61,949 bases of DNA from Acutalibacteraceae bacterium (lineage in GTDB: Bacteria; Bacillota; Clostridia; Oscillospirales; Acutalibacteraceae), in NCBI GenBank assembly GCA_045537355.1, contig JAZSPH010000063.1, positions 1-61,949 on the forward strand. Reading direction: 5' to 3'. Of this stretch, positions 19,051-27,100 are shown in pieces (the first letter of the stretch is position 1; the number at the start of each line of letters is the position of its first letter). The notes below the pieces were generated by a model. The model had not been told where the DNA came from, did no database searches, and worked only from the letters and a program-made list of their open reading frames with translations. The position numbers were made by a program, and so were the translations under genes.

Positions 19051-20418
19051 ATGTTAGAATTATCCCGTAAAACCAACCTGTTAGAGCAGGCTACATACAA
19101 ATATTCACTTCAAGATATAGAGGACCCTAATCTTTATCGCGACCTCTATCCTTATGACAGTGTTCCAAAAATCTCTTTTAACCATCGTAAAGTGCCAATG
19201 GGTATGCCCGAAGAAATTTGGATTACCGATACTTCTTTGCGTGATGGTCAACAATCGGTTGAGCCCTATACTGTTAAACAAATCGTTGACCTTTATAAAC
19301 TTATGTCCAAACTCGGTGGACCTTTTGGAATTATCCGTCAAACCGAATTCTTTGTTTACAGTCAAAAGGACCGTAAGGCTTTAGAGGAATGTCAAGCTTT
19401 GGGTCTTAAATTCCCCGAAATTACCACCTGGATTAGAGCTAATAAAGAAGACTTCAAGCTTGTAAAAGATTTGGGTATTCGCGAGACCGGTATTTTGGTT
19501 TCTTGCAGCGACTATCACATCTTCAAAAAACTTAAAAAGACCCGTAAGGAAGCTATGGAGGGTTACTTGGCTGCCGTGGCTCAAGCCTTTGAAGCGGGTG
19601 TTATGCCAAGATGTCATTTAGAAGATATCACCCGTGCCGACTTCTACGGTTTTGTTGTTCCTTTTGTTAACGAACTTATGAAGATGTCAAAGGATGCAGG
19701 AATTCCTGTTAAAATCCGTGCTTGTGATACCATGGGTTACGGCGTACCCTTTAGCGAGGTAGCGCTCCCCAGAAGTGTTCCGGGTATTATTTACGGTTTG
19801 CAACATTATTCCGATGTTCCCAGTGAGATGTTAGAGTGGCACGGTCACAACGACTTCTACAAAGCAGTTGCCAATGCTACTACTGCTTGGTTATACGGCG
19901 CATCGGCCGTTAACTGTTCCCTTTTGGGTATCGGCGAGCGTACCGGTAACGTTCCTCTTGAAGCAATGATTATGGAATACGCTTCACTCAGAGGTTCACT
20001 TGACGGTATGGACACCACCGTTATTACCGAAATTACCGATTACTTCAAAAATGAAATGGGATACAAAATTCCCCCAATGACTCCTTTTGTTGGTAAAAAC
20101 TTCAACGTTACAAGAGCAGGTATTCACGCCGACGGTCTTTTAAAGGATGAGGAAATTTATAATATTTTTGATACAAATAAAATCCTTAATCGCCCTGCTT
20201 CGGTTTCGGTTAGTAACACCAGCGGTCTTGCAGGTATTGCTTACTGGATTAACAACAACTATCGCCTTAAAGGTGACAAAGCCATTGACAAGAAACATCC
20301 TCTTGTTATTGCCATTAAAGAGTGGGTTGACAAAGAATACGAAGATGGCAGACAAACAGCCATTTCCGATATTGAACTCGAAAATAAAATCACTCTTCTT
20401 TCGGGAGGAAAATTTTAA
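19051..20418 (+). CDS. Re-face citrate synthase candidate (homocitrate / 2-isopropylmalate synthase family, DRE-TIM fold)
   Basis: ITDTSLRDGQQ and HGHNDF motifs; 455 aa. Sits in an operon with aconitase and isocitrate dehydrogenase. Confidence 0.7.
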   Translation: MLELSRKTNLLEQATYKYSLQDIEDPNLYRDLYPYDSVPKISFNHRKVPMGMPEEIWITDTSLRDGQQSVEPYTVKQIVDLYKLMSKLGGPFGIIRQTEFFVYSQKDRKALEECQALGLKFPEITTWIRANKEDFKLVKDLGIRETGILVSCSDYHIFKKLKKTRKEAMEGYLAAVAQAFEAGVMPRCHLEDITRADFYGFVVPFVNELMKMSKDAGIPVKIRACDTMGYGVPFSEVALPRSVPGIIYGLQHYSDVPSEMLEWHGHNDFYKAVANATTAWLYGASAVNCSLLGIGERTGNVPLEAMIMEYASLRGSLDGMDTTVITEITDYFKNEMGYKIPPMTPFVGKNFNVTRAGIHADGLLKDEEIYNIFDTNKILNRPASVSVSNTSGLAGIAYWINNNYRLKGDKAIDKKHPLVIAIKEWVDKEYEDGRQTAISDIELENKITLLSGGKF

Positions 20419-21056
20419 TGATTACACATAAGACAATATCTCTCGCCGATCAGGTTTTTGAACATATTGAAAACGATATTTTAAGTGGTAAATATGTTCG
20501 TGGCGAAATTATTACCGAAGGTAAACTAAGCGCCGAATTAGGTGTTAGCCGAACACCTATCCGTGAGGCTTTAAGAAGACTCAGCCAAGAGCATTTAATT
20601 GAAGAAAGCGGTAAAGGAAGCGTTGTTATCGGCATTTCCGAAAAGGATTTGGATGACATTTTCCTTATTCGCAAACAGCTTGAATGTTTGGCAGTTTCCA
20701 TGGCTGCAACCAATGCAACGCCGGAACAGTTAGATGAACTTAAAGAAATTTTAGAACTTCAAGAATTTTATGTTATTAAAAGTGATACCGAACATGTAAA
20801 ATTGATGGATAACAAATTCCACCGTTTGGTTTACAAGCTTACAGGAAGCAATGTATTTTATGATACCTTGGTACCTTTACACCGTAAAATTCAAAAATAC
20901 CGTCGTGCTTCTTTGCAAAAACCAAGTCGCGCAAAGGATGCCGTATTAGAACATCGTAAAATTTACGAAGCTATTTTGGTAGGAGACGAAAAACTTGCTT
21001 CAAAATACGCTTTGGAACACATCGAAAATGCTTATAACCATATAAAGAAAGGGTAA
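20418..21056 (+). CDS. GntR-family transcriptional regulator (FadR/FCD subfamily)
   Basis: Winged HTH LSAELGVSRTPIREALRRL with an all-helical C-terminal domain. Confidence 0.85.
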   Translation: MITHKTISLADQVFEHIENDILSGKYVRGEIITEGKLSAELGVSRTPIREALRRLSQEHLIEESGKGSVVIGISEKDLDDIFLIRKQLECLAVSMAATNATPEQLDELKEILELQEFYVIKSDTEHVKLMDNKFHRLVYKLTGSNVFYDTLVPLHRKIQKYRRASLQKPSRAKDAVLEHRKIYEAILVGDEKLASKYALEHIENAYNHIKKG

Positions 21057-21061
21057 CTATT

Positions 21062-22990
21062 ATGGGTTTAACTATTGCACAAAAAATCATTAAAGCACAT
21101 ATGCTTTCGGGTGATATGACCGTTGGCAGCGAAGTTGCTTTAAAAATAGACCAAACATTAACTCAAGATGCTACAGGAACAATGGCTTATCTTGAATTTG
21201 AAACAATGGGTTTAGACCGTGTTAAAACCGAGAAGAGCGTTGCTTACATAGACCACAACACACTTCAATCAGGTTTTGAAAACGCCGATGACCACAGATA
21301 CATTCAATCGGTTTGTAAAAAACACGGAATTTATTTTTCTCGCCCCGGTAACGGCATTTGCCACCAGGTTCACCTTGAGCGTTTCGGCAAACCGGGTAAA
21401 ACCTTAATCGGTTCCGACAGCCATACCCCCACAGGTGGTGGTATTGGTATGCTTGCAATGGGTGCAGGTGGTCTTGATGTTGCTGTTGCAATGGGTGGTG
21501 GTGCTTACTATATCACCATGCCCAAAATGTATAAAGTAAACCTTACAGGCAAACTCAATCCCTTTGTTACTGCAAAGGATGTCAGCCTTGAGATTTTAAG
21601 AATTTTATCGGTTAAAGGTGGCGTTGGTGCCATTATTGAATGGGGTGGCGAAGGTATTAAAACCCTTTCCGTACCCGAACGTGCAACCATTACAAATATG
21701 GGTACCGAACTTGGTGCCACAACCTCCATATTCCCCTCGGATGAAATTACTAAGGCTTTCTTGGAGGCTGAAGGCAGAGGCGAGGATTATATTGAATTGT
21801 CCAGCGACCCCGATGCTGTTTACGACAAGGTAATCGATATTAACCTAAGCGAACTAAAACCCCTTATTGCTTGTCCTCACAGCCCCGATAATATCGTTAC
21901 TGTCGAGTCCTTAAAGGGAACAAAGGTTGACCAGGTTTGCATTGGTTCTTGCACCAACTCTTCACTACTTGATATGTTAAAGGTCGCAGCTTTGCTTAAG
22001 GGTAAAGTTATTGACCCCAGTGTTAGCCTTTCCATCTCCCCCGGTTCAAAGCAAGTTTTATCAATGCTTTCCGACTGTGGCGCTTTGACCGATATTTTGG
22101 CAAGTGGCGCTCGTTTGTTAGAGTGCGCTTGTGGTCCTTGTATTGGAATGGGCTTCTCACCCAACTCGGCAGGTGTTTCTCTCAGAACATTTAACCGTAA
22201 CTTTGAAGGAAGAAGTGGTACTGCTGACGGTCAGGTTTACTTAGTTTCTCCCGAAACTGCCGTTGCTGCTGCCCTTACAGGCTACATTACCGACCCACAA
22301 TTATTAGGTGATATGCCCGAAATTAAAATGCCCGAAGCATTTAAGATTGATGACAGTGCAGTTATTCCCCCTGCCACTCCCGAAGAAGCCGAAAGTTTGG
22401 AAGTTCTTCGTGGTCCCAACATTAAACCCTTCCCCACCGAAATTCCTCAAGAGGATACCTTAAGCGCTAATTTGGCCCTTAAGGTTGGCGATAACATTAC
22501 CACCGACCACATTATGCCTGCAGGTGCTAAAATTCTTCCCTATCGTTCAAACATCCCACACCTTTCTCAATTCTGCTTTGGTGTTTGCGATACCACCTTC
22601 CCTGCAAGAGCAAAGGAACTCGGCAGAAGTATTATTGTTGGTGGCAGCAACTATGGACAAGGTTCATCCCGTGAACATGCAGCATTAGTTCCTATGTACT
22701 TGGGCGTTCGTGCTGTTATTACCAAGAGTTTTGCCCGTATCCACGTTGCAAACCTTATAAATGCAGGTATTATGCCCTTAACATTTAAAAACCCCGAAGA
22801 TTACGACAAACTAAACCAAGGTGACACCTTGACCCTTACCAATGTATTCGAAGGTATGGATAAGGGCGAAATCACCTTGTTAAATGAAACCACAGGTGAA
22901 AGCTTTACACTTGTTTGCTCCTTTACCGAGCGCCAAAAGGCAATTCTCAAAGCCGGTGGTCTTCTCTCCTTCACAAAGAAAGGTGAATAA
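21062..22990 (+). CDS. Aconitate hydratase
   Basis: IDQTLTQDATG, GSDSHT, CIGSCTNS, CGPCIGMG and GSSREHAA motifs; 642 aa. Confidence 0.9.
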   Translation: MGLTIAQKIIKAHMLSGDMTVGSEVALKIDQTLTQDATGTMAYLEFETMGLDRVKTEKSVAYIDHNTLQSGFENADDHRYIQSVCKKHGIYFSRPGNGICHQVHLERFGKPGKTLIGSDSHTPTGGGIGMLAMGAGGLDVAVAMGGGAYYITMPKMYKVNLTGKLNPFVTAKDVSLEILRILSVKGGVGAIIEWGGEGIKTLSVPERATITNMGTELGATTSIFPSDEITKAFLEAEGRGEDYIELSSDPDAVYDKVIDINLSELKPLIACPHSPDNIVTVESLKGTKVDQVCIGSCTNSSLLDMLKVAALLKGKVIDPSVSLSISPGSKQVLSMLSDCGALTDILASGARLLECACGPCIGMGFSPNSAGVSLRTFNRNFEGRSGTADGQVYLVSPETAVAAALTGYITDPQLLGDMPEIKMPEAFKIDDSAVIPPATPEEAESLEVLRGPNIKPFPTEIPQEDTLSANLALKVGDNITTDHIMPAGAKILPYRSNIPHLSQFCFGVCDTTFPARAKELGRSIIVGGSNYGQGSSREHAALVPMYLGVRAVITKSFARIHVANLINAGIMPLTFKNPEDYDKLNQGDTLTLTNVFEGMDKGEITLLNETTGESFTLVCSFTERQKAILKAGGLLSFTKKGE

Positions 22991-22992
22991 TA

Positions 22993-24141
22993 ATGGAAAA
23001 TTATATTGATTCTGCCGTTGCGCAGTTTAAAACCCTTTTGACCGAGCAAATTGCCCGTCAACAAAAAATGGAAAGCGATACTGCTTACACCGACTACAAA
23101 AAACTTGATAAAATCGTTATCGGTATTTGTGGTGGTGATGGCATTGGTCCCATCATTTCCCGTGAAAGCGACCGTCTTTTACAGTTTATTTTAAAGGATG
23201 AAATCGCAAGTGGTAAGGTCCAGCTTAAAACCATTGAAGGACTTACAATTGAAAACCGAATTGCTCAAAACAAGGCCATCCCCGATGATGTTTTGGCCGA
23301 GATTAAATCTTGTAATGTGATTCTTAAGGCTCCCACAACAACCCTAAAGGGTGGTACTCTTGAGAGCGCAAACGTGGCTATGCGCCGTGAACTTGACCTT
23401 TACGCAAACGTTCGCCCCGTTTGTGTTCCCGAAGAAAACATCGACTGGATTTTCTTCCGTGAAAACACCGAGGGTGAATATGTTTTAGGCTCACGTGGCG
23501 TTGAAATTCCCGACACTTTGGCCTTTGACTTTAAGGTTACTACCAATGCAGGTACAAAACGTATTGCAAAAGCTGCTTTCGAGTATGCAAGAAACAACGG
23601 CAAAAACAAGGTTGCAATCGTTACCAAGGCAAACATAATGAAAAAGACCGACGGCAAATTCTCGCAAATATGCCACGAGGTTGCAAAGGAATATCCCGAA
23701 ATTGAAATTGATGAGTGGTATATCGACATTATGACTGCTAACCTTATTAATCCTGCAATTCGTTCACAGTTTCAGGTTGTTTTACTTCCTAACTTATATG
23801 GTGATATTATTACCGACGAAGCAGCCCAAATTCAAGGTGGTGTTGGAACAGCAGGAAGCGCTAACATCGGCGACGTTTACGCCATGTTCGAACCTATCCA
23901 CGGTTCAGCACCTAGAATGATTGAAGCAGGTATTGGTGAGTACGCAAACCCAACAAGTATTTTCAAAGCAACCGAAATGTTGCTTCGACACATTGGCTTC
24001 AATGATAAGGCTGATAAGTTAAATGAGGCTTTAAATATTTGCACCGAAACCGAAAAGCGTGTAGTTGTTACCGGTGATACCGATGGTGCTACCTGTAAAG
24101 AGTTCGGCGACTATATTATGGAAACAATTGAAAAGTTATAA
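22993..24141 (+). CDS. Isocitrate dehydrogenase (isocitrate/isopropylmalate dehydrogenase family)
   Basis: NLYGDIITDEAAQIQGG motif; 382 aa. Context is immediately after aconitase. Confidence 0.8.
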   Translation: MENYIDSAVAQFKTLLTEQIARQQKMESDTAYTDYKKLDKIVIGICGGDGIGPIISRESDRLLQFILKDEIASGKVQLKTIEGLTIENRIAQNKAIPDDVLAEIKSCNVILKAPTTTLKGGTLESANVAMRRELDLYANVRPVCVPEENIDWIFFRENTEGEYVLGSRGVEIPDTLAFDFKVTTNAGTKRIAKAAFEYARNNGKNKVAIVTKANIMKKTDGKFSQICHEVAKEYPEIEIDEWYIDIMTANLINPAIRSQFQVVLLPNLYGDIITDEAAQIQGGVGTAGSANIGDVYAMFEPIHGSAPRMIEAGIGEYANPTSIFKATEMLLRHIGFNDKADKLNEALNICTETEKRVVVTGDTDGATCKEFGDYIMETIEKL

Positions 24142-24145
24142 TTTT

Positions 24146-24177
24146 AAAAGCACCACTTAAAAGTGGTGCTTTTTTTA
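24146..24177 (+). terminator. Rho-independent terminator
   Basis: aaaagcaccactt/aagtggtgctttt followed by a T-run. Confidence 0.85.
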
Positions 24178-24192
24178 TAATGGTTATGATCA

Positions 24193-24256
24193 GTCGAAAC
24201 ACTTATGTTTCGACGCAAAATCTTCGATTTTGTAACAAATTTCTCTTGAAATTTGT
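24193..24256. repeat. Three abutting perfect short hairpins between convergent genes
   Basis: gtcgaaaca-ctta-tgtttcgac (24193-214), caaaatc-ttc-gattttg (24216-32) and acaaatttc-tctt-gaaatttgt (24235-56). Confidence 0.7.
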
Positions 24257-24265
24257 CCATATCCA

Positions 24266-24700
24266 TTACAAAAACTTCCTTAAATCCACTGCCAACTGGG
24301 CTTCTAAATTAATAAGGCGCTTGGTAATATCTTTAGATTTTTCGTCGGCTGCAGCATATTGATTAAGGTACTTATTAAGGGATTTTACACCCATATTGCA
24401 TCCATCAGTCATAAGGTCGGCAATCGTGTTATCGTTTTCCTTCATTTGAAGTTTAACTTCGGTCTTGATTTTAGCCATAGTTTCAGCCATAAAATTCGGG
24501 TCTTTGCCCTCGTCTTGATATTTATTAAGAAGACTTTGAAGCTCCATATCAAGTTTATCGTGTTCATCCTTGCAGATATTTAAAAGCTTAAACATATCTT
24601 CGTTTTCTACCCTATCCAAAACATCGCTTATGGACTTAACACCCATTTTAATACCTGCATCGCATTCACGCAAAAGTCTTACTGTATCTTTTTCTATCAT
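24266..24700 (-). CDS. Hypothetical helical protein with an internal duplication
   Basis: 144 aa behind a GGGGAG RBS. ECDAGIKMGVKSISDVL near the N-terminus is echoed by DGCNMGVKSLNKYL at about residue 100. Predicted all-helical. No family recognised with confidence. Confidence 0.6.
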   Translation of the reverse strand: MIEKDTVRLLRECDAGIKMGVKSISDVLDRVENEDMFKLLNICKDEHDKLDMELQSLLNKYQDEGKDPNFMAETMAKIKTEVKLQMKENDNTIADLMTDGCNMGVKSLNKYLNQYAAADEKSKDITKRLINLEAQLAVDLRKFL

Positions 24701-24757
24701 ATAAAACACTCCCCTTTTTTGTAGTATATACATTAAAGGGGAGTTAATTCATAAGTT

Positions 24758-25477
24758 TTAATTAAACTTAATATCGCCTGTATCGGTGGTGATTTCACAT
24801 CTTCCACCACTGATACTTTTGGGAACATCTATATCACCGGTATCGGTTTTGGTTATAAATACTTTTGGGGTTAAAAAACTGCCCGTTACATCGCCTGTAT
24901 CGGTTTTAACAAAAATCTCCTTAGCATCGCATTTATTGAGTTTTACATCACCTGTATCGGTTATAATTTTAATAGAATCTGCCGATGCCGAATTTTTAAT
25001 ATCTCCTGTACTTACAGAAATATCAATATTTTCAAATTTAAAATCTTTAGGTATATTAATATCTCCTGTACTCACTTCAATTAAAAGATTTTTGTATTCA
25101 GTTTCAGGAAGATATACAATAATATCAGACTCTCCCATAGTTATACCTATATACTCATACCAATCTCTTTCATCAATTTGTTTAATTGTAAGGGTTTTAT
25201 CTACAACTTCGGCTGAATAATACAGATTTTCCTCTTCATAGCAAACCACTTCGCATTTTCCGTTTTGAGACAAGGCAAAGACAATATCTTCCGTATCGGT
25301 TTCGATTGATATATTATTAAATTCATCATCTATCTGCCTATTGGTTTTATATGTTACTGTTGTTGCAAGTTTAGTAAAATCCCAATCATTTATTGTCATT
25401 ATAAAGCCAAAGATTAAAGTTCCGATAACAATAAGGAGGGTTGCAATAATAATCCATATTTTTGTTTTTTTAGACAT
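24758..25477 (-). CDS. DUF4097-family beta-strand repeat protein (putative adhesin-like) with an N-terminal TM anchor
   Basis: Repeated (S/T)TGD(I/V) strands in the C-terminal half, typical of DUF4097. Follows the DUF1700 gene. Confidence 0.75.
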   Translation of the reverse strand: MSKKTKIWIIIATLLIVIGTLIFGFIMTINDWDFTKLATTVTYKTNRQIDDEFNNISIETDTEDIVFALSQNGKCEVVCYEEENLYYSAEVVDKTLTIKQIDERDWYEYIGITMGESDIIVYLPETEYKNLLIEVSTGDINIPKDFKFENIDISVSTGDIKNSASADSIKIITDTGDVKLNKCDAKEIFVKTDTGDVTGSFLTPKVFITKTDTGDIDVPKSISGGRCEITTDTGDIKFN

Positions 25478-26076
25478 TACTCTTCCCCCTTTTTGATAAA
25501 CGACTTTTTAAGAGTGAGAATAATCTTTTTCGTTAGCAATAAAATGCCTTTTGTTGCCACTTTACAACCAAAGAAAAAGAATATAGAAATTCCTGCACAA
25601 ACAAGACCTGCTGCTATTAATAAAATACCTGTTAAACCATTTTTATTTAAGACCAAAACAACACCAGATGCAATTCCACCAATAGCACCACCAATAATTG
25701 CCACAAAAGATGCCCAAAGTGAAATTATCACAGCCCACAAGGAAACATAAAGCGAGCAAATCACAGCAAATATTGCAATTAAAATCGATAACCACAATGG
25801 CGCCCCTAAAATCAAAAGCACAATTTCCCACGCCTTAATGCGCCTTTTAGGTTTGATTTTTTCCTTTGCAATTTTAGTTAGAGGAATATCTGCAACAATT
25901 TGTTCGACTATTTCATCAACCGTGCCGATTTGGGAAATTGCTTCCTCCTCAGATAAGCCATCTTCAATGCGATCCTCTATCATTTCACTGTAAAAAGTAA
26001 GGCGTTCTTCGATTTCGTTTTGAGGAAGTCCTGATAATTTATTATGTAAAGACATAAGAAACTGCATTTTAGTCAT
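25477..26076 (-). CDS. DUF1700-family membrane protein
   Basis: N-terminus MTKMQFLMSLHNKLSGLPQNEIEERLTFY plus C-terminal TM helices. Start placed at ATG 26076; overlaps the padR stop. Confidence 0.75.
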   Translation of the reverse strand: MTKMQFLMSLHNKLSGLPQNEIEERLTFYSEMIEDRIEDGLSEEEAISQIGTVDEIVEQIVADIPLTKIAKEKIKPKRRIKAWEIVLLILGAPLWLSILIAIFAVICSLYVSLWAVIISLWASFVAIIGGAIGGIASGVVLVLNKNGLTGILLIAAGLVCAGISIFFFFGCKVATKGILLLTKKIILTLKKSFIKKGEE

Positions 26077-26389
26077 TACCCTCATCCTCCTTAGTTACAA
26101 ATTTATATATAGAAAGAATTTCTCGCCATTCGTTTTTGAAATCCTCTATTCGCTTCAAGCCAACTTCAGTTATATGGTAATATTTACGAAGTCGGCCACC
26201 GTGCTCTGCCGTTCTGACGGTCAGCATATTTGCACTTTCCAAGCGTTTTAAAATTGTATATAAGGTTGATTCGGATAACTCAATATACGGCTTCATATCT
26301 TTTATAATTTTATAGCCGTATGAATCTTCGTTTTTAATAGATGCTAAAACACATACATCCAAAAGACCTCTTTTTAATTGAATATCCAT
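26069..26389 (-). CDS. PadR-family transcriptional regulator
   Basis: GLLDVCVLASIKNEDSYGYKIIKDM...STLYTILKRLE winged-helix motif. Start at ATG 26389 behind an AAGGAGG RBS. Promoter TTGACA-17-TACGAT on the minus strand at 26442..26414. Confidence 0.85.
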   Translation of the reverse strand: MDIQLKRGLLDVCVLASIKNEDSYGYKIIKDMKPYIELSESTLYTILKRLESANMLTVRTAEHGGRLRKYYHITEVGLKRIEDFKNEWREILSIYKFVTKEDEGND

Positions 26390-26480
26390 ACAATGCCTCC
26401 TTTTGCATAATACATCGTAACACGAAGTATTGGGTTTGTCAAGTCCTATAAATTCGTCTGCGAAGCAGACACCGAAGTTT

Positions 26481-26509
26481 TTCACTATTCACTATTACTT
26501 ATTACTTCC
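26481..26509 (+). repeat. Tandem heptads TTCACTA TTCACTA TTACTTA TTACTTC
   Basis: Read directly from the sequence. Preceded by the hairpin gtctgc-gaa-gcagac (26455-69) and a T-run. Confidence 0.8.
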
Positions 26510-26530
26510 AAAAATCCTCTTTATAAAAGC

Positions 26531-26574
26531 GTAGAGAACAGTGAAAAGTGAAAAGTGAAGAGTGAAAAAGTAAA
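26531..26574 (-). repeat. Tandem heptads on the minus strand: TTACTTT TTCACTC TTCACTT TTCACTT TTCACTG TTCTCTA C
   Basis: Read directly from the sequence. Immediately follows the tRNA-Gln terminator-like hairpin. Convergent with the array at 26481-26509. Confidence 0.8.
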
Positions 26575-26601
26575 ATCCCCATTCTTACGAATGAGGATTT
26601 T

Positions 26602-26676
26602 TGGCTGGGGTGGCAGGATTCGAACCTACGAATGCAGCAGTCAAAGTGCTGTGTCTTACCGCTTGACGACACCCCA
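26602..26676 (-). tRNA. tRNA-Gln (anticodon TTG)
   Basis: Minus strand tggggtg...cagca-CTTTGAC-tgctg...GGTTCGAATCC...cacccca-g-CCA. Confidence 0.9.
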
Positions 26677-26696
26677 ATATGGGATTAAATTTTAAT

Positions 26697-26725
26697 GTTT
26701 AAAGCACACAGTGTGTGCTTTAAAC
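26697..26725. repeat. Perfect 29-nt palindrome between tRNA-His and tRNA-Gln
   Basis: gtttaaagcacaca-g-tgtgtgctttaaac. Confidence 0.8.
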
Positions 26726-26730
26726 TGAAC

Positions 26731-26808
26731 TGGGGTGGAAGATGGGACTCGAACCCACGGTCTCCAGTGCCACAAACTGGCGCTTTAACCAACTAAGCTA
26801 CATCCACC
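26731..26808 (-). tRNA. tRNA-His (anticodon GTG) with encoded G-1
   Basis: Minus strand g-gtggatg...ccagt-TTGTGGC-actgg...GGTTCGAGTCC...CCA. One acceptor-stem mismatch. Confidence 0.85.
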
Positions 26809-26931
26809 ATAGCGCAAAAGTTATTATACCACATTTAAACCCAATGTCAAGCATAATTTCTATTATTTTTTCAACTATATAATAAAACGGCATTTTACAC
26901 AATTTTAGTAAAGAAAAATTTACAAAAAGAC

Positions 26932-26962
26932 GAATATTTTGCCGAATTTATGGGCAAAATAT
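26932..26962. promoter_or_regulatory. Perfect 11-bp-arm inverted repeat upstream of HTH-glmM (operator or hairpin candidate)
   Basis: aatattttgcc-gaatttatg-ggcaaaatatt. A second small hairpin, gcaacc-ata-ggttgc, lies at 26981-95. Confidence 0.4.
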
Positions 26963-27100
26963 TACTATTAGAATTAATTTGGCAACCATAGGTTGCGGAA
27001 AATTCAATGTTTTGTTGCTTGTATTATTTGCAGTTTTAATGTATTATTATAATTAGGTTCGAATATATTTCAAACAAATCCACTTTTAGGAGGATATCTT

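Noticed and set aside
26390-26460. PadR operator (ATGT-N8-ACAT type) in the padR promoter
   Set aside because: Only a single ATGT half-site is present near the -10 region, with no matching inverted half, so no operator was called.
26810-27100. glmS-ribozyme-like or other known riboswitch ahead of the amino-sugar operon
   Set aside because: I could not recognise the glmS ribozyme core or any other riboswitch consensus. The region is AT-rich and contains only the inverted repeats reported above. A covariance-model scan would be needed to be sure.
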